Source of the DNA: Candidatus Altiarchaeota archaeon
Lineage (GTDB): Archaea; Altiarchaeota; Altiarchaeia; IMC4; SCGC-AAA252-I15
Length of the DNA stretch: 64,000 bases
Assembly (NCBI GenBank): GCA_043813075.1
Contig: JBDRLL010000036.1
Span: 32,001-96,000, forward strand
Direction of reading: 5' to 3'
Shown here: positions 18,134 through 27,516 of the stretch, in pieces
Layout of the letters: each line of letters begins with the position of its first letter
Numbering within the stretch: position 1 is the stretch's first letter
Notes under the pieces: generated by a model
Database searches by the model: none
What the model was told of the DNA's origin: nothing
The model's input: the letters and a program-made list of their open reading frames with translations, nothing else
Program-made: the position numbers and the translations under genes

Positions 18134-19406
18134 TTATACGCCTCATAATCTTCATCGGCCGGTACTTGTCCCTCTTCCACGACTCCGGCATTATCTCGCT
18201 CAACACGTCGTCTATCTTCACCACACCCCGCAGGAGGTTGTCGCCGTCTACCACGGGAAGGGTGAACAAGTCATACCTAGCCATAGCCTTGGCGATATCC
18301 TCTTTAGGTGTTGAAAGACCAACATGTATCACCTCAGACTTCATGATGTCGTATATCCTAGCGTCAGCGTCAGCAGTCAGAAGGTTCCTAGTTCGAAGAA
18401 CACCTATGAGGCGCTGCTGCGGATCCGTCACATATATGTGGTAGCTTATGTCTGATGAAGGCCTGTTCTTGCGCAAATAGTCGATAGTCCCCTGCGCGGT
18501 ATTGTCAGCTGGCACGGAAATGAAGTTGGTCTCCATTATGGCGCCCGCACTGTCAGAAGGCAAGTCAAGTATCTTCTTTATCTTGTCCGCAGTGTTCTTA
18601 CGCATCAGACTCAACATGTAATTCTGCTTTTCCATAGGCATGAGACTCAGTATGTCTGCGGCCTCGTCAGTGGGAATGTCCTCCAGAAGGTCTTTGACAC
18701 GCTCCAGCTTCATGTCCTTAAAGACGGACTCCTGTACTTCAGGTTCCGCGTCAAGAAGTGTTTGAACCGCCTTCTTCTGGTCAAGCGCCTTGAATATGAG
18801 CACACGCTCCCGGTGGGATAGGTCCTCCATAACGTCCGCTATGTCCTCGGAGTGCATGTCAGCTATCTTCGACTTCTGGATGTTCAAGTGTATGTCGTGC
18901 AGCTTAGGCTCAAGGAGCTCCACCGCATGCCAGTGTATCACGTTGGCCTCCAGCTTGTCGGAAGCCTTGCTTGAAACCCATGGTATGCCAAGCCTGGCGG
19001 CGAAACTCCTGCCCCCGACAGCGACCGCCACCACGCAAAGCTTCTTGCTTATCTTCCCCAAGACAACGTCGTTGACGCGGACTATCTTCGCGCCGTTAAC
19101 GTCAACAACCTGTTTGTCCAGTATCTGGCCGACACGCAGGTCATCGTCACGGGGGAAGAAGTGGATTATCTTGTCTATGGGCTGGTCCAGATAGACGTCT
19201 ATTCCCTTCCCAGACTCCTTCTCCTTGAACTCGTTCACGTGCCTGAATGGTATTTTACGCCGGTATTTGTCTTCACCAGAGTATATAAGGTGGGTTACTT
19301 CAGCGTATTCCTTACCGTCCACGAAGACCATGTCCGTGAGTTTCCCCACCATCTTCCTGTCGGAGTCATAGACCGGTCTTCCGCTTAATTCGCTGAAATA
19401 GACCAT
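18105..19406 (-). CDS. MgtE-like cytosolic protein (PRC-barrel + MgtE-N + CBS pair), no TM domain
   Basis: LDKQVVDVNG, HSEDIADVME, SAGAIM, YDLFTLPVVD. Confidence 0.85.
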   Translation of the reverse strand: MVYFSELSGRPVYDSDRKMVGKLTDMVFVDGKEYAEVTHLIYSGEDKYRRKIPFRHVNEFKEKESGKGIDVYLDQPIDKIIHFFPRDDDLRVGQILDKQVVDVNGAKIVRVNDVVLGKISKKLCVVAVAVGGRSFAARLGIPWVSSKASDKLEANVIHWHAVELLEPKLHDIHLNIQKSKIADMHSEDIADVMEDLSHRERVLIFKALDQKKAVQTLLDAEPEVQESVFKDMKLERVKDLLEDIPTDEAADILSLMPMEKQNYMLSLMRKNTADKIKKILDLPSDSAGAIMETNFISVPADNTAQGTIDYLRKNRPSSDISYHIYVTDPQQRLIGVLRTRNLLTADADARIYDIMKSEVIHVGLSTPKEDIAKAMARYDLFTLPVVDGDNLLRGVVKIDDVLSEIMPESWKRDKYRPMKIMRRINGNSRKTQR

Positions 19407-19412
19407 AAGATA

Positions 19413-21095
19413 TTGATAGGAGTGGTATTGTATAAATACTCAATAACATATTCTCTCATGGACAGTGTTTGGCAGAGGCCATCCGTAATAATGCTTTTTT
19501 TGCTCCTCACCATAGCATCCACCCTCCCGCTCATACTTGAGATGGGGCATGTCACAAGGTTCCAGGACTCCCGCATGTACTTGTGGAGCATATGGTGGTG
19601 GCGTGACTCCATAGTCGGCAGATTCTCTAATCCATTCCACACAAGCCACATATGCTACCCCAACGAGCTTAGCCTGTACTTCCAGAACAGGGCGTCACTG
19701 ATGATGACGCTCGCCATCCCGTTGACGTTCATCTTCAGCGTCGAGTGGTCGTACAATATTATCGTCCTAGCGTCGTTCGTGCTGACAGGCTACGGAACGT
19801 ACCTGCTGTGCAGGCATGTCACTGGGAACGAGTACGCGTCCATCGTTGGCGGAAGCCTGTTTGCGTTCAGCGCCATAAGGTTCCACTGGGTGGACTTGGG
19901 GTGGGTGAACAACCTGAGCTGCCAGTGGATACCATTCTACGTGCTTTACCTGCTGAAGTCCATGAAGGATGGCGGTAGGATGAATAACCTGCTTGCCGGC
20001 GTTTTCCTCGCTTTCACCGCAATGACCCAGCTGGAACACCTGGTTTACGTAACACTCATAACAGCGGTCGTATGCGCGTACAGTGGGGTGAAAGCCTTCA
20101 GAAAAACCATTCCCGCATTCATGGTATTCCTGATAGTCTCTTCACCAGTGATGATACCAACTCTAATGGAGACATTCCCCCCAAAGTATGTGAACCCGTT
20201 AATGGAAGAAGTGGTGTCAGACTCTGCGGACGCGCTCGGCCTGCTCATCCCAGCCCCGGACAACCCGCTCTTCAAGAAATGCGTTCAAGGACTCTACAGC
20301 AGATTCAAGACAACACCCTATGTGAGGGTGTCGTTCGCAGGATACACGACACTAGCCCTGGCAGGATACTGCATCATGAAAAGGAGGGGTAGGGATACGT
20401 ACCTCTGGGCGACAGTCGCAGGACTATTCTACCTGCTCTCGCTGGGGCCAGTAGTCCACGTGCTTGGGGTGGAGACCGCCATCCCAGGAGCCTACAATAT
20501 TTTCAGGCTCCTTCCGGCCGTTGGCGCCATGCGTTTCGTGAACAGGTTCACGCTGATAACACAGATGGGGCTCGCCATACTGGCAGCCATGGGTTTCGCC
20601 AGGATTTCAGAGGGTATGGGCAGTAAGCGCCTTATTGCGCTAACGTGTATTGCACTCGCGTTCGGCCTACTTGAGTCTTCATCACCAGTAGACATGATGA
20701 AGGGTTACGGGAAAATGGGCGCATACACTGTTATGAACGAGGGTAGCGTACTCCACATACCATACAGGAGCAATGACGCCATGTATGTGGGAGTCATGCA
20801 TGGAAGGCCCCTGGTGAACTGTTTCCTCCCCAGAAAGCCGATAATATATCCTGAGGCAGGTAAGATACGGGCTCTCCAGCCGGTTTTGAACCGTATGCAG
20901 AATCCGGGGCGCTTAAGGGGGTATGAGAATGCTGGCGGAGACATGAGAGTACTGGAGGGGTACGACGTCAGATACGTTACGGTCGAGAAGTCATACTACA
21001 AGAACGGTACGGAAGACCTTAAGAGGCTTATGGATTCAATGGGTGCTACTATCCTGGGGGAAGACGATGATATCATGGTGTTTGGACTGCCCTAG
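19413..21095 (+). CDS. Multi-pass GT-C-like (YfhO-type) membrane protein
   Basis: NPF...YP, SYN, LSLGP, MRFVNRF; start likely at MDSV (about 19458). Confidence 0.65.
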   Translation: MIGVVLYKYSITYSLMDSVWQRPSVIMLFLLLTIASTLPLILEMGHVTRFQDSRMYLWSIWWWRDSIVGRFSNPFHTSHICYPNELSLYFQNRASLMMTLAIPLTFIFSVEWSYNIIVLASFVLTGYGTYLLCRHVTGNEYASIVGGSLFAFSAIRFHWVDLGWVNNLSCQWIPFYVLYLLKSMKDGGRMNNLLAGVFLAFTAMTQLEHLVYVTLITAVVCAYSGVKAFRKTIPAFMVFLIVSSPVMIPTLMETFPPKYVNPLMEEVVSDSADALGLLIPAPDNPLFKKCVQGLYSRFKTTPYVRVSFAGYTTLALAGYCIMKRRGRDTYLWATVAGLFYLLSLGPVVHVLGVETAIPGAYNIFRLLPAVGAMRFVNRFTLITQMGLAILAAMGFARISEGMGSKRLIALTCIALAFGLLESSSPVDMMKGYGKMGAYTVMNEGSVLHIPYRSNDAMYVGVMHGRPLVNCFLPRKPIIYPEAGKIRALQPVLNRMQNPGRLRGYENAGGDMRVLEGYDVRYVTVEKSYYKNGTEDLKRLMDSMGATILGEDDDIMVFGLP

Positions 21096-22095
21096 AGACA
21101 TCGTACTTCCACTTCCAACCGAAGTTTGCTGGAGCAGGCTTCATGCGTATCCTGACTTTATCCCCGACACCCATTTTAAGCCGCTTCTGGTGGGGTATGA
21201 AAATCTGCTTCCAATGCGTTAAAGGCTCTTCCGGAGCGCTGCTCAACAAGACATTATCTGACAAATGAGCTCTGAAGTACATGAGGCATCCGGTGAACTC
21301 GCCAGCCTCCCGTATCGTGAACTCCGCGTCTATCCTGATCTTCTTAGGGGGGTTATGAAGGTCGACCGAGAACGCGACCAAATCAGGGGAAAGCCGCCTG
21401 GTCCCAGGTCCTGCCTCAAAATTGCGTATCTTGTCAGGCACCTTGCCCACCACAGAATAGTCCACGCCATGCATCCGCTTCCAGAATCCGAGGCCCACTT
21501 CAGTGGTTTCGACGGGCGCTAACACCACGTCTATCCTCCCGGGGATTATGGCACCACCATCACGGAGGTATTTCTTCGCAGTGCGTATCTTGTCTGCTAT
21601 GCCCTCGTCTATTATCTCCATGCCGATGAGCTCAGATATTATGCAGTCCACTTTCGGTATGTTCAAGTCGTTAACATCAGTCCGCATGAACTCTATGGCC
21701 CCGATACCCTGTCTCTCGGCAGCCTTCCTGCCCACATCTATTATCTTAGCGGAGTCGACGGCGTATACTTTGCCTGCCCCCGCTTCTGCCGCATAGAAGG
21801 ACAGTATTCCCGTCCCAGTACCCAAGTCCAGCACAGTGTCGCCTTCCTTAACCACTTCGGATATCGCCTGCCTGAACGCCTCCAGGCGGACTTCGTCCAT
21901 GAGGAGCGTCCGGTGGACGTCCAGACTGTTCCAGTAGTATTGGGTGCCTGTGCCGCTCAGGATGCGGACCGTGAATATCTCGTCTATGAACGTGGTCGCG
22001 TCACTGACCCATAGCACAAAGTCCCTGTAGAAGAGCCGTATGAAACCCTTAACCCTCGATATAGCACGCAGTATGATGACACACCCCATATTCAA
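21073..22095 (-). CDS. Protein arginine N-methyltransferase (PRMT)-like SAM-dependent methyltransferase
   Basis: YYWNS...HRTLLMDEVR, VLDLGTGTGILS, ISELIGMEIIDEG (double-E loop), PLTHWKQ. Confidence 0.85.
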   Translation of the reverse strand: MNMGCVIILRAISRVKGFIRLFYRDFVLWVSDATTFIDEIFTVRILSGTGTQYYWNSLDVHRTLLMDEVRLEAFRQAISEVVKEGDTVLDLGTGTGILSFYAAEAGAGKVYAVDSAKIIDVGRKAAERQGIGAIEFMRTDVNDLNIPKVDCIISELIGMEIIDEGIADKIRTAKKYLRDGGAIIPGRIDVVLAPVETTEVGLGFWKRMHGVDYSVVGKVPDKIRNFEAGPGTRRLSPDLVAFSVDLHNPPKKIRIDAEFTIREAGEFTGCLMYFRAHLSDNVLLSSAPEEPLTHWKQIFIPHQKRLKMGVGDKVRIRMKPAPANFGWKWKYDVSRAVQTP

Positions 22096-22610
22096 ATCAC
22101 TATAACCCGATCCCTGCCGCCATCAATCTCCCTCAGCTTCATCCTCACAGTCTCCCTGCTTGACGTGGGTATCATACGGCCAACAAAGTCGGCTGATATG
22201 GGGTACTCCCTATGGCCCCTGTCGATGAGGACGGAAATCTTTATGCTGGACGGGCGACCGTACTCGATTATCGCGTCCATTGCGGCACGCATTGTCCGGC
22301 CGGTGTAGAGCACGTCGTCGACGATTATTATGTCTGCGCCGTCAACGTTGAACGGCATTACAGATTCGTTGCCTCCCTCGTAGTCTATGTCGTCCCTGAA
22401 TGGCCGGGTGTCCAGTTCACCGACCTTGAGTCTTACGCCGCTTATCTCCTTGATCTTGTCGGAGAGCCTCCCTGCCACGTATACGCCGCGCGTTTTTATC
22501 CCTATCAGGAATGTGTGGCTCAAGTCCGGGCTCTTGCGGACTATGCTGTACGCCATGTTGCTTATGCTATCCCGTATCTCCTGATCGTTCATTAGTACCG
22601 GCTCGGTCAT
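22092..22610 (-). CDS. pyrR: PyrR (pyrimidine attenuator/uracil phosphoribosyltransferase)
   Basis: GIKTRG, FRDD, VDDVLYTGRT, DRGHREYPI. Confidence 0.93.
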   Translation of the reverse strand: MTEPVLMNDQEIRDSISNMAYSIVRKSPDLSHTFLIGIKTRGVYVAGRLSDKIKEISGVRLKVGELDTRPFRDDIDYEGGNESVMPFNVDGADIIIVDDVLYTGRTMRAAMDAIIEYGRPSSIKISVLIDRGHREYPISADFVGRMIPTSSRETVRMKLREIDGGRDRVIVI

Positions 22611-22611
22611 G

Positions 22612-23268
22612 TTAAACCCTTTTTGTGCGTTCTATCAACTGGCGTATGACTTCGATCGCCTTGAGCGAATCCTTCTTGTCGACTATCAGGAAGGTGTTGT
22701 CGTAGCTTGAAGTCACCTCCACCAGGTTAATCCTGCTTCCCCCAAGCGCAGTCATCAATTGGGCGATGACTCCGGGTGTGTGCACTATCTCTTTGGGACT
22801 TGTTATTATTATCGCAGACAGGTCTTTTATTTTACTGTAAATATCATCCCCGCGTATCCCCATGTCACCCAAGTCCTCATCAGCGACCAATATCGTGGTG
22901 GTCCCTATGCCCTGTATCTTAACGTAAAACCCCCTGTTAGCGTCTATGACTGACGTGTATTTTGGTTCTTTGAACTCGGAATCGCCCTTCAGGTAAAGGA
23001 GGGCTATGTCATCCCTTAACTGAAGCCTGCTTTTACTGAAAAGGTCTCTGAGGGACTCGTCAACCTCGTTTGACATGATTCTAGCTGCAATCCGCTGTAT
23101 AGAAACCGCTATTGTGGATGTGCCCGCCTGGTGGCCGAGCCGTCTAACCACCTCCGGCTGTATGCGTCTGGCCAGGGAATGGTGGTTCACTATGCCCATC
23201 TGAAGAGCATTCATTATCCTAAGATCGCTTTTAAGAACCTCACCAACAACCTCAGATATTTGTTTCAT
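22612..23268 (-). CDS. ACT-domain putative transcriptional regulator
   Basis: N-terminal GIVNHHSLARRI helix; C-terminal TPGVIA...INLVEVTSSY ACT domain. Confidence 0.75.
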   Translation of the reverse strand: MKQISEVVGEVLKSDLRIMNALQMGIVNHHSLARRIQPEVVRRLGHQAGTSTIAVSIQRIAARIMSNEVDESLRDLFSKSRLQLRDDIALLYLKGDSEFKEPKYTSVIDANRGFYVKIQGIGTTTILVADEDLGDMGIRGDDIYSKIKDLSAIIITSPKEIVHTPGVIAQLMTALGGSRINLVEVTSSYDNTFLIVDKKDSLKAIEVIRQLIERTKRV

Positions 23269-23378
23269 ATTATATTAAAATGTATTATTTAAAACAAAAA
23301 AATGTTTTTTGTAATATATTGAACAATGTTATTATATTATTGTATTGTCTTATGAATTAAAAAAGGGGGCAATTCAAG
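23269..23378. promoter_or_regulatory. AT-rich divergent promoter region (ACT regulator / arg operon)
   Basis: Very AT-rich; AAAACA-N6-TGTTTT at 23291-23308; AACA-A-TGTT at 23322-23330. Confidence 0.55.
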
Positions 23379-24671
23379 ATGAGCGAAGAAGAGATGACGC
23401 TGGAAGAGATAATCAGGAAGATAGATGAGACTCCAAAACCAAAAGTAAAGAAAGCATGCATCGCATACTCGGGGGGCCTGGACTCCTGCCTTGGAGTGGA
23501 ATTCCTGAGGAGGGTCTACGGCGCCGAAGAGATAGTGGCGATAACACTCGATGTGGGGCAGGGCGAAGAGGAGATAAGAGACGCCAGTGAAAAAGCCAAG
23601 AAGCTGGGCATCAAGCCCATAATGATAGACGTCAAGGAAGAATTCACGGAAGTGTGGATGAAGAAGGCCATAATGGCGAACAGCAGCTACAACGGCTATC
23701 CAGTATCAACATCAATGACACGCCAGCTTGTCGCCGCAGTAGCGGCGGAAGAAGCGGTAAAACACGGGTGCGACGCAATACTCGAAGGATGCACTGGAAA
23801 AGGTAACGACCAGTACAGGATGCACAACGTCATCAAATACTTCGCGCCAGACATGGAGATACTACAGCCCGTCAGAGACTTCGACATGACACGACTGGAG
23901 GAGAACATCCTGGTGAAAGAATGGGGTGTGCCAGTCAACGAGCAGTTGACCGGCGGAGACGATAAGACAATGTGGTGCCGCAGCATCGCGTCAGGTGCAG
24001 TGGACTTGAACCAGCCATTAAATGACGACATATGGATGTGGCTAGTCCCCCCAGAGAAGGCGCCAGACAAGCCGGAGATAGTTGACATAGAATTCGAAAA
24101 GGGAGTCCCGGTATCGCTCAACGGGACCAGGAGGAAGCTGGGAGACCTTGTCATGGAACTCAACGTGATAGCAGGTAAAAACGGCGTAGGAAAGATAGAC
24201 ATGTTCGAGGACGGGATAATGAACATGAAGAGCAGGGAGATATACGAGGCGCCCGCCGCACACGTGATACTCAAACTACACAGCGACCTCGAACAATGGT
24301 GCCTCACAAAAGACGAAATCCAGTTCAAGAAGAGCGTGGACGCGAAATGGGCGTACCTCGTCTACCACGGGGAATGGTTCCACCCCCTCAAGGAAGACCT
24401 GGATGCGTTCATAGGGAAGAGCCAGGAGAACGTTAACGGAACGTACAGGGTGAAACTCTACAAAGGCAACATAGACATAGTGGAACGCCACTCCGACTCG
24501 GGACTGTTCAGCAAGGAGATGAGGTCCATAAAGACCAGGGGATTCGACCAGCGCTGGGCCATAGGGTCAACAAAAGTGGAGACCCTCCAGTGGATGATAA
24601 TGGCGAAAGCTGGTAGGACGACTAATGCCACCTCAAAAAAGAAGGTGGTTGTTGAGGTGAAAACGAAATAA
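23379..24671 (+). CDS. argG: Argininosuccinate synthase-like protein, divergent paralog
   Basis: AYSGGLDS, GCTGKGNDQYR, KSREIYEAP; atypical GGDDKTMWCRSIASG. Confidence 0.8.
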   Translation: MSEEEMTLEEIIRKIDETPKPKVKKACIAYSGGLDSCLGVEFLRRVYGAEEIVAITLDVGQGEEEIRDASEKAKKLGIKPIMIDVKEEFTEVWMKKAIMANSSYNGYPVSTSMTRQLVAAVAAEEAVKHGCDAILEGCTGKGNDQYRMHNVIKYFAPDMEILQPVRDFDMTRLEENILVKEWGVPVNEQLTGGDDKTMWCRSIASGAVDLNQPLNDDIWMWLVPPEKAPDKPEIVDIEFEKGVPVSLNGTRRKLGDLVMELNVIAGKNGVGKIDMFEDGIMNMKSREIYEAPAAHVILKLHSDLEQWCLTKDEIQFKKSVDAKWAYLVYHGEWFHPLKEDLDAFIGKSQENVNGTYRVKLYKGNIDIVERHSDSGLFSKEMRSIKTRGFDQRWAIGSTKVETLQWMIMAKAGRTTNATSKKKVVVEVKTK

Positions 24672-24759
24672 CATTAGTGTGGGGATTACGCCCCCCACCC
24701 ACCATTATTTTAGTGGGATGAACAAATAGGTTACACAAGGCCACGGGCCTAAAAAAAAG

Positions 24760-26271
24760 ATGGATAAATCAAAGAAGCTTTGGGGTGGACGGTTCCAGAA
24801 GAACCCGACGAAAAGCGTTGAAGACTTCCTCCAGTCCATAGAAGTGGACCGTGAGATGGTCTTGGAAGACATCTGGGGTAGCGAAGCCCACGCCATAATG
24901 CTGGCCAAACAGGGCATCATCGACAACAAGGACTTGAAGAAGATACTATACTGGCTGGAGAAGGCCCGTAAAGACTACCTGTCAGGCAAGTTCGTGCTGA
25001 CCACCGAGAACGAGGACGTCCACATGAACGTGGAACGATACCTTATCGACGGGGCAGGACCAGAGTACGGCGGCAAACTCCATACAGCCCGCAGCCGTAA
25101 CGACCAGGTTCTCGTGGACTCGAAGATGCACATACGCAAGAAGATAATAGGCGTGAAAAAACAGGTCATCGGACTGCAGAAGGTGTTCCTGAAGATCGCT
25201 GGGGAGAACCTGGAGACGCCGGTCCCAGGATACACGCACACTCAGGACGCGCAACCCATAACACTGGGCTTCTGGGCCACCGCCTACGTGAGCATGCTCA
25301 TGCGAGACCTACGCCGGCTGGACAACGCGTACGAGATAGTTGACATGAACCCGCTGGGAGCGTGCGCGCTCGCAGGCACTTCATTCAACACAGACCGAAT
25401 GCTAACCACAAAACTCCTCGGATTCAGCAAGGTGCACCACCACTCGCTAGACATAATAAGCAGCCGCGACTTCATCGCAGAGACACTGTGCGCGCTAACC
25501 CTCCTTATGAGCAGCCTGAGCAAGCTGGCGGAGGAGATGGTGTACTGGAGCACATACGAGTTCGGCATACTTGAACTCGACGACAGCTACACTGCAGGAA
25601 GCAGCATCATGCCGCAGAAGAAGAACCCTTGCATCGCAGAGCTCACGCGAGGCCGAACAGGACGGATTTACGGCTCGCTAATCCAGTTGCTGACGATGCT
25701 GAAGGGCATCCCGATGGGCTACAACCGGGACCTGCAGGAGGACAAGCCGCCACTATGGAATGCGTTCAAGGTGATAGAGGACACGCTGGACGTGACGACG
25801 GGCATGATAGACACCATGAAGGTGAACAAGGAGCGGCTTGCGGAGCTGGCTGGAGCCAACTTCACGACAGCAACAGAGCTCGCGAACCACCTGGTGCGGG
25901 AGCATGGGATAAGCTTCCGGGAATGCCACCACATAGTCGGAGACTTGGTGGGCACCCTGCACCGCAAGGGGAAGAATTTCATGGACTTCGACGAGGTTGA
26001 TGAAGTGCTGGGCAAACACGGGATAAAGATAGGCTACGACGAGATGCGGAACATCTTCGACCCGAAGAAGAACATATACACGTACAAGAGCCTTGGAAGC
26101 ACGTCCCCGAAGGAGGTCTCGAAGATGATGAAGATGTTCGAGAAGGATGTCATTGAAAAGGAGAAGATAACGCTAAAACAGGAGAACAGCATTAAAGACG
26201 CGGAGAAACTAACGCAAAAAACGGTAAATGCCGTGCTTGAAGGCGGAGACATATTAAAGATAAAGATATGA
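24760..26271 (+). CDS. argH: Argininosuccinate lyase
   Basis: LWGGRF, HTARSRNDQ, GSSIMPQKKNP, YNRDLQEDK. Confidence 0.97.
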   Translation: MDKSKKLWGGRFQKNPTKSVEDFLQSIEVDREMVLEDIWGSEAHAIMLAKQGIIDNKDLKKILYWLEKARKDYLSGKFVLTTENEDVHMNVERYLIDGAGPEYGGKLHTARSRNDQVLVDSKMHIRKKIIGVKKQVIGLQKVFLKIAGENLETPVPGYTHTQDAQPITLGFWATAYVSMLMRDLRRLDNAYEIVDMNPLGACALAGTSFNTDRMLTTKLLGFSKVHHHSLDIISSRDFIAETLCALTLLMSSLSKLAEEMVYWSTYEFGILELDDSYTAGSSIMPQKKNPCIAELTRGRTGRIYGSLIQLLTMLKGIPMGYNRDLQEDKPPLWNAFKVIEDTLDVTTGMIDTMKVNKERLAELAGANFTTATELANHLVREHGISFRECHHIVGDLVGTLHRKGKNFMDFDEVDEVLGKHGIKIGYDEMRNIFDPKKNIYTYKSLGSTSPKEVSKMMKMFEKDVIEKEKITLKQENSIKDAEKLTQKTVNAVLEGGDILKIKI

Positions 26272-27512
26272 GAGAAGGAGAAATGAAAATAGTACTAGCA
26301 TATTCAGGGGGATTGGACACGAGCGTATGCATAAAATGGTTGCAGGAGAGATACGATGCAGAAGTCATAACACTGACTCTGGAGTTGGGGCAGGAGATAG
26401 AGGACCTCGACGCCATAGAGAAGAAGGCCAAGGACTTCGGCGCGATAAAGACGTACAGCATAGACGCGAGAAGGGAGTTCGTGCACGAGTACATAAACCC
26501 TGCAATAAAGGCCAACGCGCTATACGAGGGGAAATACCCCGTGAGCACTGCGATAGGAAGGCCGCTTATCGCGAAGAAGATGGTTGAGATAGCTGAGAAG
26601 GAGCGTGCCGACGCCGTAGCCCACGGGTCAACTGGCAAGGGGAACGACCAGGTGCGTTTCGACGTCGCAGTCCAATCACTGAACCCGGAATTGAGGGTTA
26701 TAGCGCCGGTCAGGGAATGGCCTATGACGCGTGAGGAGGAGATAAACTACGCTAAAAAACACGGGATACCGGTGCCGGTGACAGTGAAAGACCCCTACAG
26801 TTACGACATAAACCTGTGGGGCAAGAGCGCTGAGGCAGGACCCCTTGAAGACCCCATGTTCGAGCCCACTGACGCGTCGTTCTGGTGGACTGTTAAGCCT
26901 GAGAAGGCCCCCAACAAGCCGGAATACGTCGAACTAGAGTTCGAGGACGGCATACCCATAGGCCTAAACGGGAGGATAATGGATGAGGTCGAGCTGATAA
27001 AATCATTGAACGAGACCGCTGGAAAACACGGTGTGGGAAGGATAGACATGATGGAAGACCGGCTTGTCGGCATAAAGAGCCGTGAAACCTACGAGTGCCC
27101 GGCCGCAATCACCATACTGGAGGCCCACAAGGAGCTTGAACGCCTGACGCTCACCATAGAGCAGAACCTGTTCAAACCCAGGATAGAATCCAAGTGGACT
27201 GAGATGGCCTACTTCGGGCTATGGTTCGAGCCTTTGATGAAGGACTTGGAGGCTTTCATAAACGAGACCCAGAAGAACGTCTCAGGGAAGGTCAAGATGA
27301 AGCTCTACAAGGGTTCTGCGACAGTAGTCGGCCGTGAGAGCGCGCACTCCCTATACCATCAAGGCCTTGCGACATACGATAAGGGAGACGCCTACGACCA
27401 CACCGCCGCGGAAGGGTTCATAAAGATATGGGGTCTACCGTCCGTTGTCGCGAACAAGCGGAACAAGAGCGTTGCCGGAAAAAAGAAGAGGAGGAGGGTG
27501 AAGGAGGAATAG
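26268..27512 (+). CDS. argG: Argininosuccinate synthase (canonical)
   Basis: LAYSGGLDTS, HGSTGKGNDQVRF, YSYDINLWGKSAE, GIKSRETYE. Confidence 0.97.
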   Translation: MREGEMKIVLAYSGGLDTSVCIKWLQERYDAEVITLTLELGQEIEDLDAIEKKAKDFGAIKTYSIDARREFVHEYINPAIKANALYEGKYPVSTAIGRPLIAKKMVEIAEKERADAVAHGSTGKGNDQVRFDVAVQSLNPELRVIAPVREWPMTREEEINYAKKHGIPVPVTVKDPYSYDINLWGKSAEAGPLEDPMFEPTDASFWWTVKPEKAPNKPEYVELEFEDGIPIGLNGRIMDEVELIKSLNETAGKHGVGRIDMMEDRLVGIKSRETYECPAAITILEAHKELERLTLTIEQNLFKPRIESKWTEMAYFGLWFEPLMKDLEAFINETQKNVSGKVKMKLYKGSATVVGRESAHSLYHQGLATYDKGDAYDHTAAEGFIKIWGLPSVVANKRNKSVAGKKKRRRVKEE

Positions 27513-27516
27513 AGTT

